A stretch of 9,621 nucleotides of DNA, taken from NCBI GenBank assembly GCA_964426185.1, contig CAYRPF010000097.1, positions 1-9,621 of the forward strand, given 5' to 3'. Of this stretch, positions 6,726 through 9,621 are shown in pieces. Below the pieces are notes generated by a model that saw only the letters and a list, made by a program, of their open reading frames with translations, was not told where the DNA came from and did no database searches. Source of the DNA: an uncultured archaeon. GTDB taxonomy: Archaea; Asgardarchaeota; Lokiarchaeia; Sigyniarchaeales; Promethearchaeaceae. The position numbers and the translations under genes were made by a program. Every line of letters starts with the position of its first letter. Position 1 is the first letter of the stretch.

Positions 6726-7640
6726 TTTTTTGCGAGCAGGGCGTTTTCCAGCCATATATTTGGCTGATTTTTGATTTTTATCCTTAATATATTTAGTTTT
6801 TCTCTCAAGTGCAAGAATATCTTTATGAAAATACTGTAAAAATAAATCACATAAATCGAGATCTTTAATTTTTTTCCATTCTTCAGATTTTTTACTCCAA
6901 TCTTCAATAACTACCGAAGTTTTGTAATTTGCTTTTTCAATTATTACGTTTTCAATCGAATCTTCAGAGATTTTTACTTTATCTTTCGGATCTCCGCCTA
7001 TGTATGTTGATGAAGGACATAATGGTAATTCTTCATCTTGAATCTCTTCTTTATAACCAGGAATTACAAATTTTGTAAATTGAGGATAATCAAAGGGATA
7101 AGCTTGGCATTGAATAGGTCTATTTTTATATATCAAACAATGTCCTGAATTATATTTAGGATTAGGTGTATAATAAATGCAATAATTGGAAGTTGGATCG
7201 AAATCTGGATTTAATCGCTTGAGATTTCTCAGAATTGCTTGAAGCGTTTTTTGAACTATGGGAAATTTTTTGTTTTCTCGGATCATTTCTTCGTAGCGAA
7301 TAGAGATCTCTTTCTGAGAAGGAAGACCATAACCGGAAATCCCATCTAAATCTTCCACTGGAAATATTGCACTGAGAAAAAGAGGACTATATTCCTCATC
7401 ATCCAATTTCTGCAACCATTTTACCATGTCATAAGGGTAAATCCAAACCCAATGATTTGAAAGGCTGAAATTACAACACTTTGCACAATCATTACATTTA
7501 AATTGAGTTTTGCTATACGAATAAGGTTGAACGTATTCATTTTCTTCCCATTCTTCCAAAATCTCTCCGAATATTTCCATATTTGCATCGAGCCAAGTAT
7601 TTATAATGTCTCGAATCTCGTCTTCTTCGTCTTCGTTCAT
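6720..7640 (-). CDS. YkgJ-family CxxCxxCC cysteine-cluster (Zn- or Fe-S-binding) protein
   Basis: FKCNDCAKCC (C49, C52, C55, C56), CIYY (C154), CLIYKNRPIQCQAYPF (C168, C178) and CP (C208): the typical 8-Cys arrangement of the family. Confidence 0.85.
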   Translation of the reverse strand: MNEDEEDEIRDIINTWLDANMEIFGEILEEWEENEYVQPYSYSKTQFKCNDCAKCCNFSLSNHWVWIYPYDMVKWLQKLDDEEYSPLFLSAIFPVEDLDGISGYGLPSQKEISIRYEEMIRENKKFPIVQKTLQAILRNLKRLNPDFDPTSNYCIYYTPNPKYNSGHCLIYKNRPIQCQAYPFDYPQFTKFVIPGYKEEIQDEELPLCPSSTYIGGDPKDKVKISEDSIENVIIEKANYKTSVVIEDWSKKSEEWKKIKDLDLCDLFLQYFHKDILALERKTKYIKDKNQKSAKYMAGKRPARKKR

Positions 7641-7653
7641 GAAATTTCACTTT

Positions 7654-8334
7654 TTAGTGTCTGTAGAGAATTGTCACTCCAGCTTTTACTTTACTTCCAA
7701 TTTTAACTTGAATTTTTTGATGATGATTTGGAATTTCCATTTTCAAGGTACTACCAAAAACGATCATACCCATGCGTTCACCTGCTTTAACCTTATCCCC
7801 TTCTTTCACATATGGTTTACTGCGTCGAAAGAACGCCCCACAAATCATATAATACATAATTCGATCTCCATATTCTGTTTCTAAGGTTAAAATTGTCCGT
7901 GCATTCTTTTGCAAAGCTTTGGTAGTGGAAGAAGAAGTTGCTTTAATGAAATAAACCAAATGATGTTTCCCCTTTTGACGAATTATTTTCTTAACGGTTA
8001 AATTACACGGCGCTCGAACTACATGGACGTTGTGATAATGCATTTCCACAAAAAGTGAGATAAATTCTGGATTTTCTTGGATATAGACTAAAGTTCCATC
8101 GGCAGGACTTAAGATATCATGCTGAGGATCATAATCGGAAGGAACTCTTCGGTCAGGATCTCGGAAAAAGGAGGCAAGCAATATAATTCCAACTGTGGTG
8201 GGAAAAGTTATTACCCAGAAATATAACCAAGGATTATATTTCGTTGGTAAAGAAATAATATGCCATCCAATATCTAACAAAATTGCGGGAATTACCCAGA
8301 AATATCCTTCCTTTGCAAAACGCATTACAGTCAC
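7654..8334 (-). CDS. psd: Phosphatidylserine/archaetidylserine decarboxylase proenzyme (pyruvoyl-dependent)
   Basis: N-terminal membrane anchor, FFRDPDR, SPADG, HVVRAP, and GERMGMIVFGST with self-cleavage site G194-S195; C-terminal G.KVKAG. RBS AAGGAG at 8339-8344 upstream of GTG 8334. Confidence 0.92.
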   Translation of the reverse strand: MTVMRFAKEGYFWVIPAILLDIGWHIISLPTKYNPWLYFWVITFPTTVGIILLASFFRDPDRRVPSDYDPQHDILSPADGTLVYIQENPEFISLFVEMHYHNVHVVRAPCNLTVKKIIRQKGKHHLVYFIKATSSSTTKALQKNARTILTLETEYGDRIMYYMICGAFFRRSKPYVKEGDKVKAGERMGMIVFGSTLKMEIPNHHQKIQVKIGSKVKAGVTILYRH

Positions 8335-8375
8335 TTAACTCCTTATAACAGTTAATTTGTGAAGAATTATTAATA

Positions 8376-8969
8376 TTAATATTCTCCACGTAGAAGACTG
8401 TAAGAATAAACGTCTTTAAATTTATCCTTTTTACAAACATATTCACGAATTTTTCCTTCACGTTTAAAGCCCAATCGCTCAAAAAGAGAAATGGATCTGG
8501 CATTTTCTATAAAAATATGGGCTTGAAGACGGTTAAGAAATAAATTTTCAAATCCATATTTGATCATTAACAAAAGCGCCTCTGTGCCAATACCCTGGGT
8601 CCAATAAGACCTTCCCAGCCAAATACCCAGTTCCCCACGATAATTAGTAAAAGAGATATTATAAATGGAAATTTGCCCAATTGGAATTCTAATATTTCCC
8701 AATTTTCCTGTTTCTACTTGATTTGATTTGGTAAAGATGGTGTAAGTAAAATCTTGATTCATCTGCCATTGGTTTTCAATAAAAAGAATATAACGACGAA
8801 ATTCATTAAGGTTATTAATATCAATGGTTAAATTTTCTAAAACTCCAAGGCTCTTAATTTGCTCATATAATTTATCTGCATGAGCAGTCGTAGTTTTACG
8901 GAGAATCACCCTTTTTCCCGTAATTTCGGGAATTTTTCGATATTTTTGGTTTTTTTGCCGATTTACCAT
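8376..8969 (-). CDS. GNAT family N-acetyltransferase, RimJ/RimL-like
   Basis: G.RVILR, IGQISI, GELGIWLGRSYWTQGIGTEAL (acetyl-CoA motif A), F..L.LNRL.A.IF.EN.RS..L.ERLGF.REG..RE and D...YSLLR.EY. RBS GAGGA at 8975-8979. Confidence 0.92.
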   Translation of the reverse strand: MVNRQKNQKYRKIPEITGKRVILRKTTTAHADKLYEQIKSLGVLENLTIDINNLNEFRRYILFIENQWQMNQDFTYTIFTKSNQVETGKLGNIRIPIGQISIYNISFTNYRGELGIWLGRSYWTQGIGTEALLLMIKYGFENLFLNRLQAHIFIENARSISLFERLGFKREGKIREYVCKKDKFKDVYSYSLLRGEY

Positions 8970-9046
8970 TTTGATCCTCTTACCAATCGATCTTACTCTT
9001 AATATAAAATTCTTAAAGGTCCCTCATCTACAATTTAATTAGGAGG
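8970..9046. promoter_or_regulatory. Compact divergent promoter region
   Basis: 77-nt gap between head-to-head genes with a central AT-rich core TTAATATAAAATTCTTAAA (about 8999-9017). Confidence 0.45.
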
Positions 9047-9621
9047 ATGGCTCGACCTAAAATTGTTTCTTATCTCACCTTGAAAAAAAAAAGAAAATTT
9101 ATCCCGGAAATGCTCGGATTAATCATGGCTGCCTTTTCTTTGGGTTTAATTGGATTTCTAAGTTGGTACAGCCTCTTAACCCCTTTTGGATTATTTGGAA
9201 TTTTATTGATTCATACGGGGGTAATCCTTTATACTAAATATTCTGAATTTGACCCTCCTCCCATTTTGCATTTTTTCAGGCCTTTTCAAGGTTTACTTCT
9301 AATATCACCTCTTCTATTAGGACTAGCATATTTCTTTACCTTTTTTACACAAGGTGACAATTTAGAAAGTTCCATAAAATTTGCACAATTTAGCACCCAA
9401 ATCACTTTATTAATGCTTATTTGGGCATTTTTATCCACCTATTCAATAATTGGAGTTTATTTTTCGCTAATGACAATCTCTAGGTGGTTTCCATTTTTAG
9501 TACAATTAAGCGGGCAATTTGATACGCCGTTAATTTTATATTTTGATAGTATCTTCGTAGCATTGATGGGACTCGGATGTTGGTTCACTCAATTATATTC
9601 AATTTATACTGTAGTGTTCCA
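9047..9621 (+). CDS. Polytopic membrane protein, 5' part only (runs off the window)
   Basis: Own translation, not in the ORF track: MARPKIVSYLTLKKKRKFIPEMLGLIMAAFSLGLIGFLSWYSLLTPFGLFGILLIHTGVILY... The frame stays open to the end of the window, with about 5-6 hydrophobic segments after a basic N-terminus. Confidence 0.75.
   Translation, partial: MARPKIVSYLTLKKKRKFIPEMLGLIMAAFSLGLIGFLSWYSLLTPFGLFGILLIHTGVILYTKYSEFDPPPILHFFRPFQGLLLISPLLLGLAYFFTFFTQGDNLESSIKFAQFSTQITLLMLIWAFLSTYSIIGVYFSLMTISRWFPFLVQLSGQFDTPLILYFDSIFVALMGLGCWFTQLYSIYTVVF

Noticed and set aside
6710-6907. 65-aa minus-strand ORF
   Set aside because: Alternative frame overlapping the 3' end of the YkgJ gene, with no supporting features.
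7503-7884. Two short plus-strand ORFs (7503-7706 and 7606-7884)
   Set aside because: Antisense to YkgJ and psd; the poly-Ser simply mirrors the acidic GAA/GAC codons on the coding strand.
8234-8503. 89-aa minus-strand ORF
   Set aside because: Out-of-frame overlap with both GNAT and psd, with no recognisable domain.
9041-9046. AGGAGG Shine-Dalgarno for the last ORF
   Set aside because: It directly abuts the ATG with no spacer, so it is unlikely to function as an RBS for that start.
9080-9100. NLS-like KKKRK (and KRPARKKR at the YkgJ C-terminus)
   Set aside because: Lys-rich clusters are expected in an AT-rich genome and from the positive-inside rule; there is no evidence of a targeting function.

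Overview
AT-rich, gene-dense prokaryotic window. The archaeal-type two-subunit Fe-S hydro-lyase, the archaeal-type PurM-like protein, the short psd/asd, the GGTGA/GAGGA ribosome-binding sites and several K/F/I-rich orphan proteins suggest an archaeon, possibly Asgard/Lokiarchaeia-like (inference, not verified). Layout: the 3' end of a + gene (2-157) abuts tail-to-tail a 646-aa orphan (-). A divergent + cluster follows: class I fumarate/tartrate hydro-lyase alpha and beta, then an AIR-synthase/HypE-like protein that has lost two conserved metal-binding aspartates. Next is a convergent Zn-ribbon + Pro/Ser/Thr linker + FHA protein, and a - strand run of GNAT, phosphatidyl/archaetidylserine decarboxylase, a YkgJ-type CxxCxxCC protein, a putative SRPBCC/START-fold protein and a 4-TM polybasic membrane protein. 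A divergent polytopic membrane protein runs off the right end. I saw no tRNA, rRNA, CRISPR array or mobile element. Best candidates for new biology: (i) a possible serine-lipid decarboxylation and transfer module, (ii) a probable PurM-fold pseudo-enzyme co-located with the hydro-lyase, (iii) an atypical FHA phospho-switch protein.
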